Positions 8,965 to 19,127 of a stretch of 62,856 nucleotides of DNA are shown piece by piece. The DNA is taken from NCBI GenBank assembly GCA_017459675.1, contig JAFUCM010000006.1:1-62856 (forward strand), given 5' to 3'. Source of the stretch: Eubacterium sp. (GTDB taxonomy: Bacteria > Bacillota > Clostridia > Lachnospirales > Lachnospiraceae). Made by a program: the position numbers and the translations under genes. How positions within the stretch are numbered: the stretch's first letter is position 1; each line of letters starts with the position of its first letter. The notes below the pieces were generated by a model, which did no database searches, was not told the origin of the DNA, and was given only the letters and a program-made list of their open reading frames with translations.

Positions 8965-10536
8965 ATGGAAAAGGGAAAGGTTTATTTAATCGGTGCCGGT
9001 CCGGGGGATGCCGGGCTGCTGACGCGCAGGGCGTATGATGTGCTGCAGACGGCGGAGGTTGTTCTTTATGACAGTCTTGTGGGCGATGCAATTTTGTCAC
9101 TGATACCGGATGACTGCCGGAAAATTGCAGTCGGAAAGCGCGCGGGAAATCATCTTCTGCCGCAGGAGGAGACAAATGAGCTGCTCCTGCGGGAAGCGCT
9201 TGACGGCAGACGTGTTGTCAGGCTGAAGGGCGGCGACCCGTTTCTGTTCGGCAGAGGCGGGGAGGAGCTGGAGCTGCTGGCAGAAAATGATGTTGCATTT
9301 GAAGTAATACCGGGCGTCACCTCGGCAATTGCGGTGCCGGCTTATAGCGGAATTCCGGTGACACACCGTGACTGGGCTTCGTCCGTGCACATCATCACAG
9401 CGCACCGGCGCGCGGGGAAAACAGATCCCATCAATTACAAAGCCCTGGTTGAGATGGGCGGAACGTTTGTATTTCTGATGGGCGTCCGCGCACTGCCGGA
9501 GATCTGTGCCGGCCTGATGGATGCCGGCTTGCCGCCGGAAACGCCGGCCGCTGTGCTGGAGCGGGGAACAACCGCCGCGCAGCGGCGTGTGGTCGCTACG
9601 GTCCAGACACTTCCGGAGGAAAGTGAGAAGGCACAAATTGGAATGCCGGCGATCATCGTAGTCGGCGAGGTCTGCGGTCTTTCGGAGGTTTTTGCGTGGG
9701 CAGAGCAGCGTCCGCTGGCAGGGGAGAAGATTCTGCTGATGCGTCCGCGGCATCTGATCCGCGAATTTGCCGGACGTCTGCGGGAGAAGGGCGCAGAAGT
9801 GCTGGAAGTACCGCTGATTGAGACAAGGCTGCTCGATCCGAATCCGCAGCTGGATGCGGCGCTTGCTTCTCTGGACAGCTATGCATGGCTTGTATTTACG
9901 AGTCCGTCCGGTGTGCGGCTGTTCTTTGAAGCGCTGACTGCGCACAGGCAGGATCTGCGTTCGCTGATGCACTGCCGGATTGCAGTCATCGGTGAGGGAA
10001 GCAGAAGAGAACTCGAGAAGCATGGATTTATTGCAGATTTTATGCCGGAGCATTATACCGGAGAAGATCTCGGCAGGGAACTTTGTGCATATTTGAAGCA
10101 GCAGTTCAAACAGAACGGAAAGTGTCAGACGGAGCAGCAGACGTGCTTCGGAGACAATTCTGCCGGAACCAATAATCTTCGGATCCTGATTCCGCGCGCG
10201 AAAGAGGGAAATCCGGAGCTGACAGAACAGCTGAAAGAATTTGCGGTGGAAGATCTGCCGCTGTATGAGACCGTTCCGCTGAAGTCGGGAATCCTGGATC
10301 TGAAGGAGCTGGTGCAGAGAGGGGAAATCACCACGGCAGTATTTACCAGTGCTTCAATGGTCAGATCTTTCGTGCAGACGCTGGGGGAAACAGATCTGCG
10401 CGGTGTGCGCGCGGCATGCATCGGGAAGCAGACGGCTGCGGCGGCTGAGAAAGCAGGCATGCAGGTCTTTGTCGCGGAACAGGCGAAAATAGAAAGTCTT
10501 GAGAAGCTGATTCTGGAGATGCACGGGGGAAACTAA
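8965..10536 (+). CDS. cobA: Uroporphyrinogen-III C-methyltransferase / uroporphyrinogen-III synthase fusion (CobA-HemD)
   Basis: [34 protein letters not shown]; C-terminal [24 protein letters not shown]. Confidence 0.9.
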   Translation: MEKGKVYLIGAGPGDAGLLTRRAYDVLQTAEVVLYDSLVGDAILSLIPDDCRKIAVGKRAGNHLLPQEETNELLLREALDGRRVVRLKGGDPFLFGRGGEELELLAENDVAFEVIPGVTSAIAVPAYSGIPVTHRDWASSVHIITAHRRAGKTDPINYKALVEMGGTFVFLMGVRALPEICAGLMDAGLPPETPAAVLERGTTAAQRRVVATVQTLPEESEKAQIGMPAIIVVGEVCGLSEVFAWAEQRPLAGEKILLMRPRHLIREFAGRLREKGAEVLEVPLIETRLLDPNPQLDAALASLDSYAWLVFTSPSGVRLFFEALTAHRQDLRSLMHCRIAVIGEGSRRELEKHGFIADFMPEHYTGEDLGRELCAYLKQQFKQNGKCQTEQQTCFGDNSAGTNNLRILIPRAKEGNPELTEQLKEFAVEDLPLYETVPLKSGILDLKELVQRGEITTAVFTSASMVRSFVQTLGETDLRGVRAACIGKQTAAAAEKAGMQVFVAEQAKIESLEKLILEMHGGN

Positions 10537-11001
10537 ATGGAATCGAAAGAGAACTGCCTGTATTTTCCGATGTTTATCAATTTGCAGGACAAAGAGATTC
10601 TGGTTGTCGGCGGCGGGAAAGTAGCACTTCGCAAGACCGGAACACTGGTGCGGTTTTGTGAGAAGATTCGAGTGGTTGCACCTGCGTTTCTGCAGGGCTT
10701 TGAGCAGCTGCAGGTCACCTGTATATGCCGGAAATTCAGGATGGAAGATCTGAATGAAACGGATCTTGCGATTATCGCTACCGATGACGCACAGCTAAAT
10801 GAGAAGATTGCGGCCCGGTGCCGGGAGCAGGGAATCATTTGTAATGTTGCCAGTGACCGGAAACTATGTGATTTCTATTTCCCGGCAGTACTGGAGCAGG
10901 ATGGCGTCGTGATCGGAATCGGAAGCAGCGGAAATCCCGCAAAATCCCGTGCAGTGCGGGAGCAGCTGGAAGCGCAGCTGAAAAAGCATGAAGAAGTATG
11001 A
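10537..11001 (+). CDS. Precorrin-2 dehydrogenase (SirC / CysG N-terminal-like)
   Basis: YFPMFINL, LVVGGGKVALRK, IATDD..LN, NVA....CDFYFPA. Confidence 0.8.
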   Translation: MESKENCLYFPMFINLQDKEILVVGGGKVALRKTGTLVRFCEKIRVVAPAFLQGFEQLQVTCICRKFRMEDLNETDLAIIATDDAQLNEKIAARCREQGIICNVASDRKLCDFYFPAVLEQDGVVIGIGSSGNPAKSRAVREQLEAQLKKHEEV

Positions 11002-11022
11002 AGTCATACAGGAGGTATCAAA

Positions 11023-11625
11023 ATGACAGCACAGGCGAGTGTCAGTAAACGGATTACAACCAGCGATATTGTTTTTGGCGGATTATTTGTCGCACTTATG
11101 GCAGTAGGTGCATTTATTAAAATTATGATTCCGCTGGGCGTCTTTCAGGTAACGTTTTCACTGCAGTTTTTCTTTGCGCTGCTGGCGGGATTCCTGCTGG
11201 GCGGGAGGCTCGGATTCCTGAGTGTTCTGGCGTATTTGCTGCTGGGACTCTGCGGTCTGCCGATCTTTGCACACGGCGGAGGTTTTGCTTATGTAATGAA
11301 ACCGACATTTGGTTTTCTGATTGGATTCGCGGCGGCAGCACTTGTGACAGGCGCAATCACAAAAATCATGAAAAAGAAGACGTATCCGCGGCTCCTTTTT
11401 GCGGCATTTATCGGTGAGATGGCGTATTATCTCTGCGGCCTTGTCTATTATTTCATCATGTTCAATTATGTGCTGACAAATGGAGCGACCATTGGTTTCA
11501 GAGAGCTGATTACCGTCTGGTTCCTCAGCACGGTTGTACCGGACTTTATCCTCTGTGTACTGGCATCGCTGGTGGCGAGGAGAATGATTCCGATGATGCA
11601 GAATCTGCGCAGTCAGCGGGCGTGA
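11023..11625 (+). CDS. bioY: BioY-family ECF S-component
   Basis: GLFVALMAVGAFI, FSLQ, YLLLGLCGLPIFAHGGG, PTFGFLIGF. Confidence 0.75.
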   Translation: MTAQASVSKRITTSDIVFGGLFVALMAVGAFIKIMIPLGVFQVTFSLQFFFALLAGFLLGGRLGFLSVLAYLLLGLCGLPIFAHGGGFAYVMKPTFGFLIGFAAAALVTGAITKIMKKKTYPRLLFAAFIGEMAYYLCGLVYYFIMFNYVLTNGATIGFRELITVWFLSTVVPDFILCVLASLVARRMIPMMQNLRSQRA

Positions 11626-11728
11626 GGGGACTTTTTTGCAGAACATAAACATATACGGAAAACGATGACAGAAACAGAAAATGCTATCAGATACAGATTG
11701 CAGAAACAGAAAATGGCAGTAGAAAGAC

Positions 11729-13441
11729 ATGAATAAAACAGACATCAAAAAGAGCAAATTTAAAAAATGGCTGGCGATTATTCTCGCGGTGATCTGTCTG
11801 GCTGCAGCGGGATGCGGGCCGGCCGGCGGATCTGACGCCGGAAGTGTGTCCGCAGGATCCGGCGGTGACAGCAATGCCCCGGAAGGATCCGGCGGCAGTG
11901 AGGCTGCTGCATCCGGAAACGGAGACGGGATTTTTGTCCCGGGATCCTTCGAGTGGTCCGGCGGCAGCGGCAAGATTGAAATGACCTGCCCGCAGGTCCG
12001 GATGGAGGGAGATCAGGCTTACGCGACGATCGTGATTGACAGTGAGCATTATTCCTGGCTGAAGGTTGACGGCAAAGAATATCCGGCACAACATGAAAAT
12101 GGCACATCCTTTGCGGAAATCCCCGTCATTCTTGATAAAATGATGGAGATTTCGGGCCTGACAACGGCGATGTCACAGCCGCATGAGGTCACTTACACGA
12201 TTTGTGTCGGTTCGGAAGACGCGGAGAGCGGATCAGGTACAGCGGGAAATGAAGAGGCCGGTGCGGCCGGCAGCACGGAAGAAGATGCCGGCGGATCTGC
12301 AGATGCGATGAAGACTGAGCGCGGCCCTGCCGAAATTGAGGGGCTTACCTTTGATCATGCGATGGAGACGGACTACGCGGAATGTTTTGATGTCTATTAT
12401 TACGCAGATGGTTATAAACTGCTGGATATCCATGGGGATACGCGCTGCCTGCTGATTCCGGAAGGAAAGGATCTGCCGGAAGGGGTTGCGGCAGCAGACG
12501 CATCCGGAAAAGCAGCGGACGGGGCGGACGCGGTTTTCGGAACGCTGGCAGACGGAGAGCGGATCATGCTTCTGCGGAAGCCGGTGCAGAAGGTGTACAT
12601 GGCTGCGACGGCCGTGATGGCGCTGGTGAATTCCATTGACGCGATGGATGCCGTACGCCTCACGGGAACCGATGCCGACGGCTGGTATCTGGATGCGCCG
12701 AAGAAAGCGCTGGAATCAGGGGAAATGATCTACGCCGGAAAATACAGTGAACCGGATTATGAACTGCTCATACAGGAAGGATGCACGCTGGCAATTGAAT
12801 CGACGATGATCGACCACACGCCGGACGTGAAGGAAAAGCTGGAGGAACTTGACATTCCGGTACTGACCGATCATTCCAGCTATGAGGATCATCCGCTCGG
12901 GCGTGCAGAATGGGTAAAATTGTACGGCGCGCTGTTTGGCAGGGAAGAAGCGGCGGAAGAACAGTTTGCAGAACAGAAGGAAGCAGTTGCTGATCTGGAA
13001 GGCCTGGAAAACACCGGAAAGACAGCCGCATTTTTTTACATCAGTCAGGACGGAACGGCGGTTGTCAGAAGCGCGGAGGACTACATCCCCCGTATGATCG
13101 AGATTGCCGGAGGACAGTACATTTTCAGTGATCTGGAGGCAGCAGCCGGCAGTTCTGCGGCGGTGAATCTTTCTATGGAGGAGTTCTATGCGACCGCCTC
13201 TGACGCAGACTATCTGATCTACAACGCATCCATTGACGCACCTTTGAAGAGCATGCAGGATCTGCTGGCAAAATCCGAGCTGTTCAGTGAGTTTAAAGCC
13301 GTGCAGGACGGTCAGGTCTGGACGACGGACAAAAACCTGTACCAGGCAACCGACAGCATCGGACAGTTTATCAGAGACCTGCATCTGATGCTGACAGACG
13401 GGAACAAAGATGACATGGCATTTCTGCAGCACGTGGAATGA
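11729..13441 (+). CDS. Lipoprotein ABC substrate-binding protein (BtuF/Fe-siderophore class III) with an extra N-terminal beta-rich domain
   Basis: Lipobox AAGC; YAGKYSEPDYE, SSYEDHPLGRAEWVKLYGAL, MIEIAGGQY; N-terminal GGSG..TTAMSQPHEV.Y domain. Confidence 0.8.
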   Translation: MNKTDIKKSKFKKWLAIILAVICLAAAGCGPAGGSDAGSVSAGSGGDSNAPEGSGGSEAAASGNGDGIFVPGSFEWSGGSGKIEMTCPQVRMEGDQAYATIVIDSEHYSWLKVDGKEYPAQHENGTSFAEIPVILDKMMEISGLTTAMSQPHEVTYTICVGSEDAESGSGTAGNEEAGAAGSTEEDAGGSADAMKTERGPAEIEGLTFDHAMETDYAECFDVYYYADGYKLLDIHGDTRCLLIPEGKDLPEGVAAADASGKAADGADAVFGTLADGERIMLLRKPVQKVYMAATAVMALVNSIDAMDAVRLTGTDADGWYLDAPKKALESGEMIYAGKYSEPDYELLIQEGCTLAIESTMIDHTPDVKEKLEELDIPVLTDHSSYEDHPLGRAEWVKLYGALFGREEAAEEQFAEQKEAVADLEGLENTGKTAAFFYISQDGTAVVRSAEDYIPRMIEIAGGQYIFSDLEAAAGSSAAVNLSMEEFYATASDADYLIYNASIDAPLKSMQDLLAKSELFSEFKAVQDGQVWTTDKNLYQATDSIGQFIRDLHLMLTDGNKDDMAFLQHVE

Positions 13442-13468
13442 TCATTTTGATGCAGCAGGTATGAGGAT

Positions 13469-14353
13469 ATGAGCGAGATCAATAAGAATCAATTAGTTCT
13501 GGCGGCGAGGGGGAGCCTTCTTTCCCGAGCACAGGTGGAGCTGGTACAGGGACTGCTGGCAGGATGTGGGATTGAGACGGAATTCCTCGTTGTGAAGACG
13601 AAGGGAGATAAAGACCGCGTCCGGGCTCTGAAGGAGATCGGCGGAGACGGCCTTTTTGTGCGGGAAGTAGAAAGGGCACTGCTCGACGGACGTGCAGATG
13701 TTGCAGTACACTGCGGAAAGGATCTGCCGTATCAGCTTGCAGAGGGGCTGGCAATTGTCTGCGTGCCGGATGCGGCGAGTGCAGCGGACTGTCTGATCTG
13801 GCCGGAAGGCAGACAGGAGACAGATCTCAAAGTAATCGGATCCGGCAGCGCACGACGGGTGACGGAGCTGCAGAAGCTTCTGCCGGAGGCTGTATTCAAA
13901 GAGATCCGCGGAAATATTAATACCCGCCTTGATAAACTTAAGGAAGGACAGTATGATGCGATCATACTGGCAAAGGCAGGTCTGGAACGGCTCTTGCCGG
14001 ATCTGACAGGGTTGTGTGTGCGTGAATTGAAACCGGACGAAATGATTCCCGCGGCCTGCCAGGGTATTCTGGCGCTCGAGTGTCGTGAAGACGATATCCG
14101 GACCAGGGAAATTCTGGGACAGATCAACAATGAAGCAGCGATGCAGCGGTTCCGGACAGAGCGGGCGCTCTTCTGCCGCATGAAGGCGGACTGTGCGACT
14201 GCGCTGGGTGTACACGCAGCATATGATAAGGATCAGCTGACGCTGCGTGCAATGTTTGACGGAAAACAGACAGTATTGACCGGAAAACCGGAAGATGCAG
14301 AGGACATGATTGAACAGGCAGCGAGGGAGATTTATGTCAAGAGTGAAATCTGA
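13469..14353 (+). CDS. hemC: Hydroxymethylbilane synthase (porphobilinogen deaminase)
   Basis: RGSLLS.AQ, TKGD, GLFVREVE, AVH..KDLP, IRGNINTRL, PAACQG.LA, ADC. Confidence 0.88.
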   Translation: MSEINKNQLVLAARGSLLSRAQVELVQGLLAGCGIETEFLVVKTKGDKDRVRALKEIGGDGLFVREVERALLDGRADVAVHCGKDLPYQLAEGLAIVCVPDAASAADCLIWPEGRQETDLKVIGSGSARRVTELQKLLPEAVFKEIRGNINTRLDKLKEGQYDAIILAKAGLERLLPDLTGLCVRELKPDEMIPAACQGILALECREDDIRTREILGQINNEAAMQRFRTERALFCRMKADCATALGVHAAYDKDQLTLRAMFDGKQTVLTGKPEDAEDMIEQAAREIYVKSEI

Positions 14354-15179
14354 AGTGATGCTGTTTCTTGCGCCCCTGATCTGGGGCGCAAGTTTTGCTG
14401 TTACGAAAGGATCGCTGGATGCAGTCGGGCCGAACTGGCTCCTGTCATACCGGTTTATTCTGGCGACGGCATTTACGACGATTCTGGTGTGGAAGAACAT
14501 CCGGGATCTGGACCGCAGAACTGTGCGGGACGGAATCCTGATCGGAATCGTACTGTATCTGGTTCAGTTTTTCCAGACGGTCGGCATGTTATATACAACT
14601 GCCGGGAAAAGCGCATTTCTGACAGCAACCTATGTAGTCATGACGCCTTTTGTTGTATGGATCACATTCCGTCAGAAGCCATTGAAAAGACAATTCGCAG
14701 GCGGTATTCTGTCTCTGATCGGTGTGGGGCTGATCTCGCTGAACAATGAGAGATTCGGCATGGGAAAGGGTGAGATCCTGACCCTGATTGCCGGCCTGCT
14801 TTGCGCCGTCAGCTATGTCCAGATGAAAGCGGCAACGAAAACGTGTAATGTTGTTCTCCTTTCCTGGATCCAGATGATTGTCTGCACAGTACTGAGTACA
14901 GGGATGGCCGCAGTCACGGAGAAGCCGGTAATATCACTCGGAACAGCAGGCTGGGCTTCGATGATTTTCCTGGGCGTGATTGCTTCCGGCGTCGCCAACA
15001 TTTTCCAGAATGCGGGACTGAAGTATGCGACGCCTTCACACGCGTCACTTGTATTTGCGCTGGAGGCAGTATTTGGCGTTGTATTCGGGGTGCTGCTTCT
15101 GCACGAACCGCTGGAGGTGCGAATGCTGGCAGGAAGTGCAATCGTATTTGCGGCAATTGTGATCAGCCGGGAAAAATAA
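14334..15179 (+). CDS. EamA/DMT family transporter
   Basis: IWGASF..K, YTTAGKSAFL, LEAVFG; about 10 TM segments; overlaps the hemC end. Confidence 0.85.
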   Translation: MSRVKSEVMLFLAPLIWGASFAVTKGSLDAVGPNWLLSYRFILATAFTTILVWKNIRDLDRRTVRDGILIGIVLYLVQFFQTVGMLYTTAGKSAFLTATYVVMTPFVVWITFRQKPLKRQFAGGILSLIGVGLISLNNERFGMGKGEILTLIAGLLCAVSYVQMKAATKTCNVVLLSWIQMIVCTVLSTGMAAVTEKPVISLGTAGWASMIFLGVIASGVANIFQNAGLKYATPSHASLVFALEAVFGVVFGVLLLHEPLEVRMLAGSAIVFAAIVISREK

Positions 15180-15268
15180 AACACTGTGCAGAGGAAGATG
15201 CTAAAATAGATCGTGCAGCCTGCGTGCGGTCAGAGACCGCAGTGGAATAAGACGGGAGAACATACAGA

Positions 15269-16183
15269 ATGGAAAACAATAAGAATGGAAATAAGGCGAT
15301 CCTGGCCGTCAGTTTCGGCACTTCTTATGCTGACAGCCGCGACGCAGCCATCGGCGGAATCGAGCGGGCGCTTGCAGCGGCATTTCCGGCGTGGGAAGTA
15401 CGCCGCGCCTTTACATCCGGATTTATTATTAAGAAGATTTTCCGGGAGACCGGCGAGAAGATTGATACCGTGACAGAGGCTCTGGAGCGGGCGGAATCGG
15501 ACGGGATCCGGGAACTGCTGGTACAGCCGACGCATTTCATGAAGGGAATTGAGTACGATGAGATGCAGGAGGTGCTGGAACAATATCAGGACCGGTTTGA
15601 ACGGCTGATGACTGCGGAACCTCTGCTGGCATCGGAAGATGATTTCCGGGTCACTGCAGAAGCAGTCGCTGCCGGGACACGGGAATGGTCGGGCAGAATG
15701 TGCGGGGATCTTCCGGAGAATAACAGCGGCAGACAGGCAGAAACCACCGGCGTACAGACAGAAGGTGCATCCGGGATCAGCGTAGACGAAAAGCATGCAG
15801 AACCGGATCCTGCAACCGCATATATTCTCATGGGGCACGGCACCTCGAAAGCGAATGCCAACACCGTCTACGAGACCATGCAGCGGACATTTGCAGACGG
15901 CGGCCTCGCAGATTATTATATTGCGACAGTGGAGGCGTCGCCGACGATCGAAGATGTCATGGAGAAAATCAAAGAAAAGGGATATCGCCGGATTGTGCTC
16001 CGGCCGATGATGGTTGTTGCCGGTGATCACGCCTGCAATGATATGGCCGGAAGTGAGCCGGATTCCTGGAAATCCATTCTTGAGAAAGCCGGTTATGAAG
16101 TGACGGCCGTGCTGCACGGCCTCGGCGAAGATCCGGCGATCCAGGAGATTTATGTATCGCACGCGCGGGCGGCGATGCAATAA
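15269..16183 (+). CDS. cbiK: Cytoplasmic sirohydrochlorin cobaltochelatase CbiK (second copy)
   Basis: AILAVSFGTS, RRAFTS, QPTH, MGHGT, LRPMMVVAGDHACNDM; no signal peptide. Confidence 0.88.
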   Translation: MENNKNGNKAILAVSFGTSYADSRDAAIGGIERALAAAFPAWEVRRAFTSGFIIKKIFRETGEKIDTVTEALERAESDGIRELLVQPTHFMKGIEYDEMQEVLEQYQDRFERLMTAEPLLASEDDFRVTAEAVAAGTREWSGRMCGDLPENNSGRQAETTGVQTEGASGISVDEKHAEPDPATAYILMGHGTSKANANTVYETMQRTFADGGLADYYIATVEASPTIEDVMEKIKEKGYRRIVLRPMMVVAGDHACNDMAGSEPDSWKSILEKAGYEVTAVLHGLGEDPAIQEIYVSHARAAMQ

Positions 16184-16208
16184 AGAGAGAAACGTCCCCG
16201 TTGACTTA

Positions 16209-17861
16209 CTAAAGTTTCTTCTTCAGCGTCAGCACATTACACCCGTTGGTGTAGGAGTAGCTGACGTCGTCCATCGTCTTTTTCACCATATATATGCCAA
16301 GACCGCCGATTTCACGTTCGTCTGCGGAAAGCGTAACATCCGGATCTTCCTTGGCGGTCGGATCGTACGGTCTGCCGCGGTCGACAAAGGTGATGACCGC
16401 CATGTTGGTGTCTTTTTCGATGCCTGCACGGATGGTGGCATTTCCGCCGTCTGCGGCGTATGCGTAGTTTGCGATGTTGACAAAGATTTCTTCGACAGCG
16501 AGACTGATCTGCATAAGTACCTTCATCGGGCAGTCATATGCTTCCAGTGTCTGGCTGACAAAGTCATTTACTTCAGCCAGCTTTTCAACTTCAGCGCGAA
16601 CTGTGAATTCCTTCATATCAATACCACCTCCGTTGTAGCGAAGACTGAGCATCGTGATATCGTCAAACTGTGGCGCATCAAGGACAAAACGACCGATGTT
16701 TTCATGGACATGATTCAGTATATCACGGGATGAGCCGGTACGCATCTCATTTAATGTGGACAGCAGCCGTTCGGTTCCGAACAGCTCATTTTCTGCATTG
16801 GTCGCCTCGGTTACGCCGTCTGTATAAATGAAAAGTGTGTCGCCGGGATTCAGATGGATCTCATAATCGCGGTATTTCATATTATCATAGCCGCCGATGA
16901 CAAATCCGTGCGGGTCTTTGAACAGCTCGAAATTGCCGCCGTTCCTGCAGATGACCGGGTATTCGTGACCGGCGCTTGATGCCGTAATGGTGCCCGTGGA
17001 AAGTTCCAGAATGCCGATCCAGACGGTAATGAACATATCCAGCGCATTGTTTGCGCAGATCTGCCGGTTGGCGAAGCTCAGAATATCTTTCGGTGTTCCG
17101 CCCATCATGGCCCGGTTATTGATCATAATCTTTGAGGCCATCATAAAAAGCGCGGCCGGAACGCCTTTCCCGGAAACATCCGCGATGACCAGCGCGAGAT
17201 GATCCTTATCCAACAGGAAGAAATCGTAGAAATCGCCGCCGACTTCCTTCGCTGGCTTCATATCTGCAAACAGATCAAATTCCGTGCGGTCCGGAAACGG
17301 CGGGAAGAATGTCGGCAGCATGCTCGTCTGGATCTGTGTTGCCAGATTGAGTTCCGTGCCGATCCGCTCCTTCTCAGCTGTGACATGTGCGAGATTCGCC
17401 AGGAAACCTTTCATGTCGGTTTCCATCTTTGCCATGGTTTCGCTTAAGTTTTCGATCTCATCGCCGGTCCGGATGTCCAGATCCGAGAAATAAGATGCGC
17501 CGGTTTCCTCGTCATACTCATGCCGCATGTACTTCTCTGCGGCGCCGGCCAGTTCGTTGATCGGTCTGACGACATCGCGTTTCAGGCGCTGTACCAGAAT
17601 TACGGCCAGCACGACTGTCACAAGCAGCATAACCAGTGCATACTGCAGCAGATAAGAAATATGTGATGTATTCTGCATGTCGAACAGATTCTGCAGAGAG
17701 GGATTCTTTTCAACTGTGACGATAAACATCACATAGCTGACGACAACCGATATGGCAAACAGGATGACCGAGATCAGGAGAACGGTGTGAAACATCCGTG
17801 CGCTTAAAGAATATCGTCTTTTTTCAAGTTCTGACATTTCACTGACGCGTTTTGCGGGCAT
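16209..17861 (-). CDS. 2TM-HAMP-SpoIIE/PP2C phosphatase fused to an RsbW-like HATPase_c domain
   Basis: EVGGDFYD, IADVSGKGVPAA, YTDGVTEA, DDITM; C-terminal EEIFVNIANYAY, DRG.PYDP, GGLGIYMV. Confidence 0.88.
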   Translation of the reverse strand: MPAKRVSEMSELEKRRYSLSARMFHTVLLISVILFAISVVVSYVMFIVTVEKNPSLQNLFDMQNTSHISYLLQYALVMLLVTVVLAVILVQRLKRDVVRPINELAGAAEKYMRHEYDEETGASYFSDLDIRTGDEIENLSETMAKMETDMKGFLANLAHVTAEKERIGTELNLATQIQTSMLPTFFPPFPDRTEFDLFADMKPAKEVGGDFYDFFLLDKDHLALVIADVSGKGVPAALFMMASKIMINNRAMMGGTPKDILSFANRQICANNALDMFITVWIGILELSTGTITASSAGHEYPVICRNGGNFELFKDPHGFVIGGYDNMKYRDYEIHLNPGDTLFIYTDGVTEATNAENELFGTERLLSTLNEMRTGSSRDILNHVHENIGRFVLDAPQFDDITMLSLRYNGGGIDMKEFTVRAEVEKLAEVNDFVSQTLEAYDCPMKVLMQISLAVEEIFVNIANYAYAADGGNATIRAGIEKDTNMAVITFVDRGRPYDPTAKEDPDVTLSADEREIGGLGIYMVKKTMDDVSYSYTNGCNVLTLKKKL

Positions 17862-17932
17862 GAAATCATTCCTTTCCGGGTAAATTATTTAATATGTATG
17901 ATGCCTGATATATGTCCGCATCTCAGCTGGCA

Positions 17933-19114
17933 TTAAAAGGTCAGTTCATCATATTTTTCAATCATTTCTGTCATGGCTGCAAGCCAGTGGTCAATATACC
18001 TGCGGTCGTCCGGATTATCCAGACCGTCCCGGCGCAGGAAACGCCGGATCATACGAAGACTGCCGATGACGCGGGCTTTGTCAGTCACTTCCTGAATCTT
18101 TGCCGGATCGTCCGTCCCCAGGTACTGTGCGAGCGCCTTTTTCCAGAATCGTTCGGACAGTTCATAGGAAAATCCGAGGAAATCGAACAGTCCTTCCGGC
18201 GTCAGTTCGTTGTAGCCGAGAAAAGCATTGAACATAAATGCAAATTCATAGATCGGATGGCCGACTGCAAGCGTATCCATATCAATCAGGAGGGCCTCAT
18301 CTCCCTGCATCAGGATATTTTTCGTGTGGTAATCGCCGTGGATCATGTGGTTATCCTGCGGAATGGCCGTGACCATGGCGAGCATCTTATTGTATGCATC
18401 CTGCGGAAGCAGATTTTCCAGAGAAGGCATCCAGCTGATCACTTCCTCACGGAGATCCGGCAGAAGACCTTCCGGTACCTCTGTTTCATGAATCAGTTTG
18501 AGGAGGCTTACAAACTGGTCGACGCAGTAATCCAGATTGTCTTCGGAACGTGCGAGCAGTTTCGAGAGAGAGGTCGCATTGAGCAGTTCGAAGACGGATC
18601 CGTAACTGCCGTCTACGCGGACGATGTCATAGGAAATCGCAGTCGGAATGCCGAGAATAAAAGCCTCCCGCGCAACGTCCCGTTCATGGCGGATTTCCTC
18701 GAGAGAATCAGGATTCCGGTATGTTTTGACGACAGTCTCCGGATCAATGCGGTAAACTTCGCCGTTGGCACCTTCGCCGATTTTCTCACAGCCCTCGATC
18801 GAGATTTCTTTATAGGCCCGCTCGACCGGGAGCATTTTTGTGAAGCCGGTCATATCCAGGATTTCATAGATTTTGCTTGACACCTGCACGATTCGCATAT
18901 TCGGGTGCCGTTTGCGGATTTTGAGCAGAACGCGCAGGCCGGCACTGGAGATGTATTCCAGATCCGAAGCATCTATCGTCAGGGAAGTGCCTTTGTTTTC
19001 GTCCAGAATCGCGTTGCACTGTGATTCAATCTCAGCGGCATTATTTGTGTCGATGCGTCCGAGCAGCTGCAGTGTCAACGCTTCAAGTTTACGTACGACT
19101 TTTACCTGTTCCAT
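17933..19114 (-). CDS. STAS (anti-anti-sigma) domain fused to an APH/choline-kinase-like phosphotransferase
   Basis: LEYISSAGLRVLL, EILDMTGF; IGEGANGEVY, VVK, HGDYHTKNI, LIDMD. Confidence 0.85.
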   Translation of the reverse strand: MEQVKVVRKLEALTLQLLGRIDTNNAAEIESQCNAILDENKGTSLTIDASDLEYISSAGLRVLLKIRKRHPNMRIVQVSSKIYEILDMTGFTKMLPVERAYKEISIEGCEKIGEGANGEVYRIDPETVVKTYRNPDSLEEIRHERDVAREAFILGIPTAISYDIVRVDGSYGSVFELLNATSLSKLLARSEDNLDYCVDQFVSLLKLIHETEVPEGLLPDLREEVISWMPSLENLLPQDAYNKMLAMVTAIPQDNHMIHGDYHTKNILMQGDEALLIDMDTLAVGHPIYEFAFMFNAFLGYNELTPEGLFDFLGFSYELSERFWKKALAQYLGTDDPAKIQEVTDKARVIGSLRMIRRFLRRDGLDNPDDRRYIDHWLAAMTEMIEKYDELTF

Positions 19115-19127
19115 AGGTCACTCCCGT

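Noticed and set aside
11667-11720. Short intergenic direct repeat CAGAAACAGAAAATG x2
   Set aside because: Low-complexity local duplication with no evidence of function
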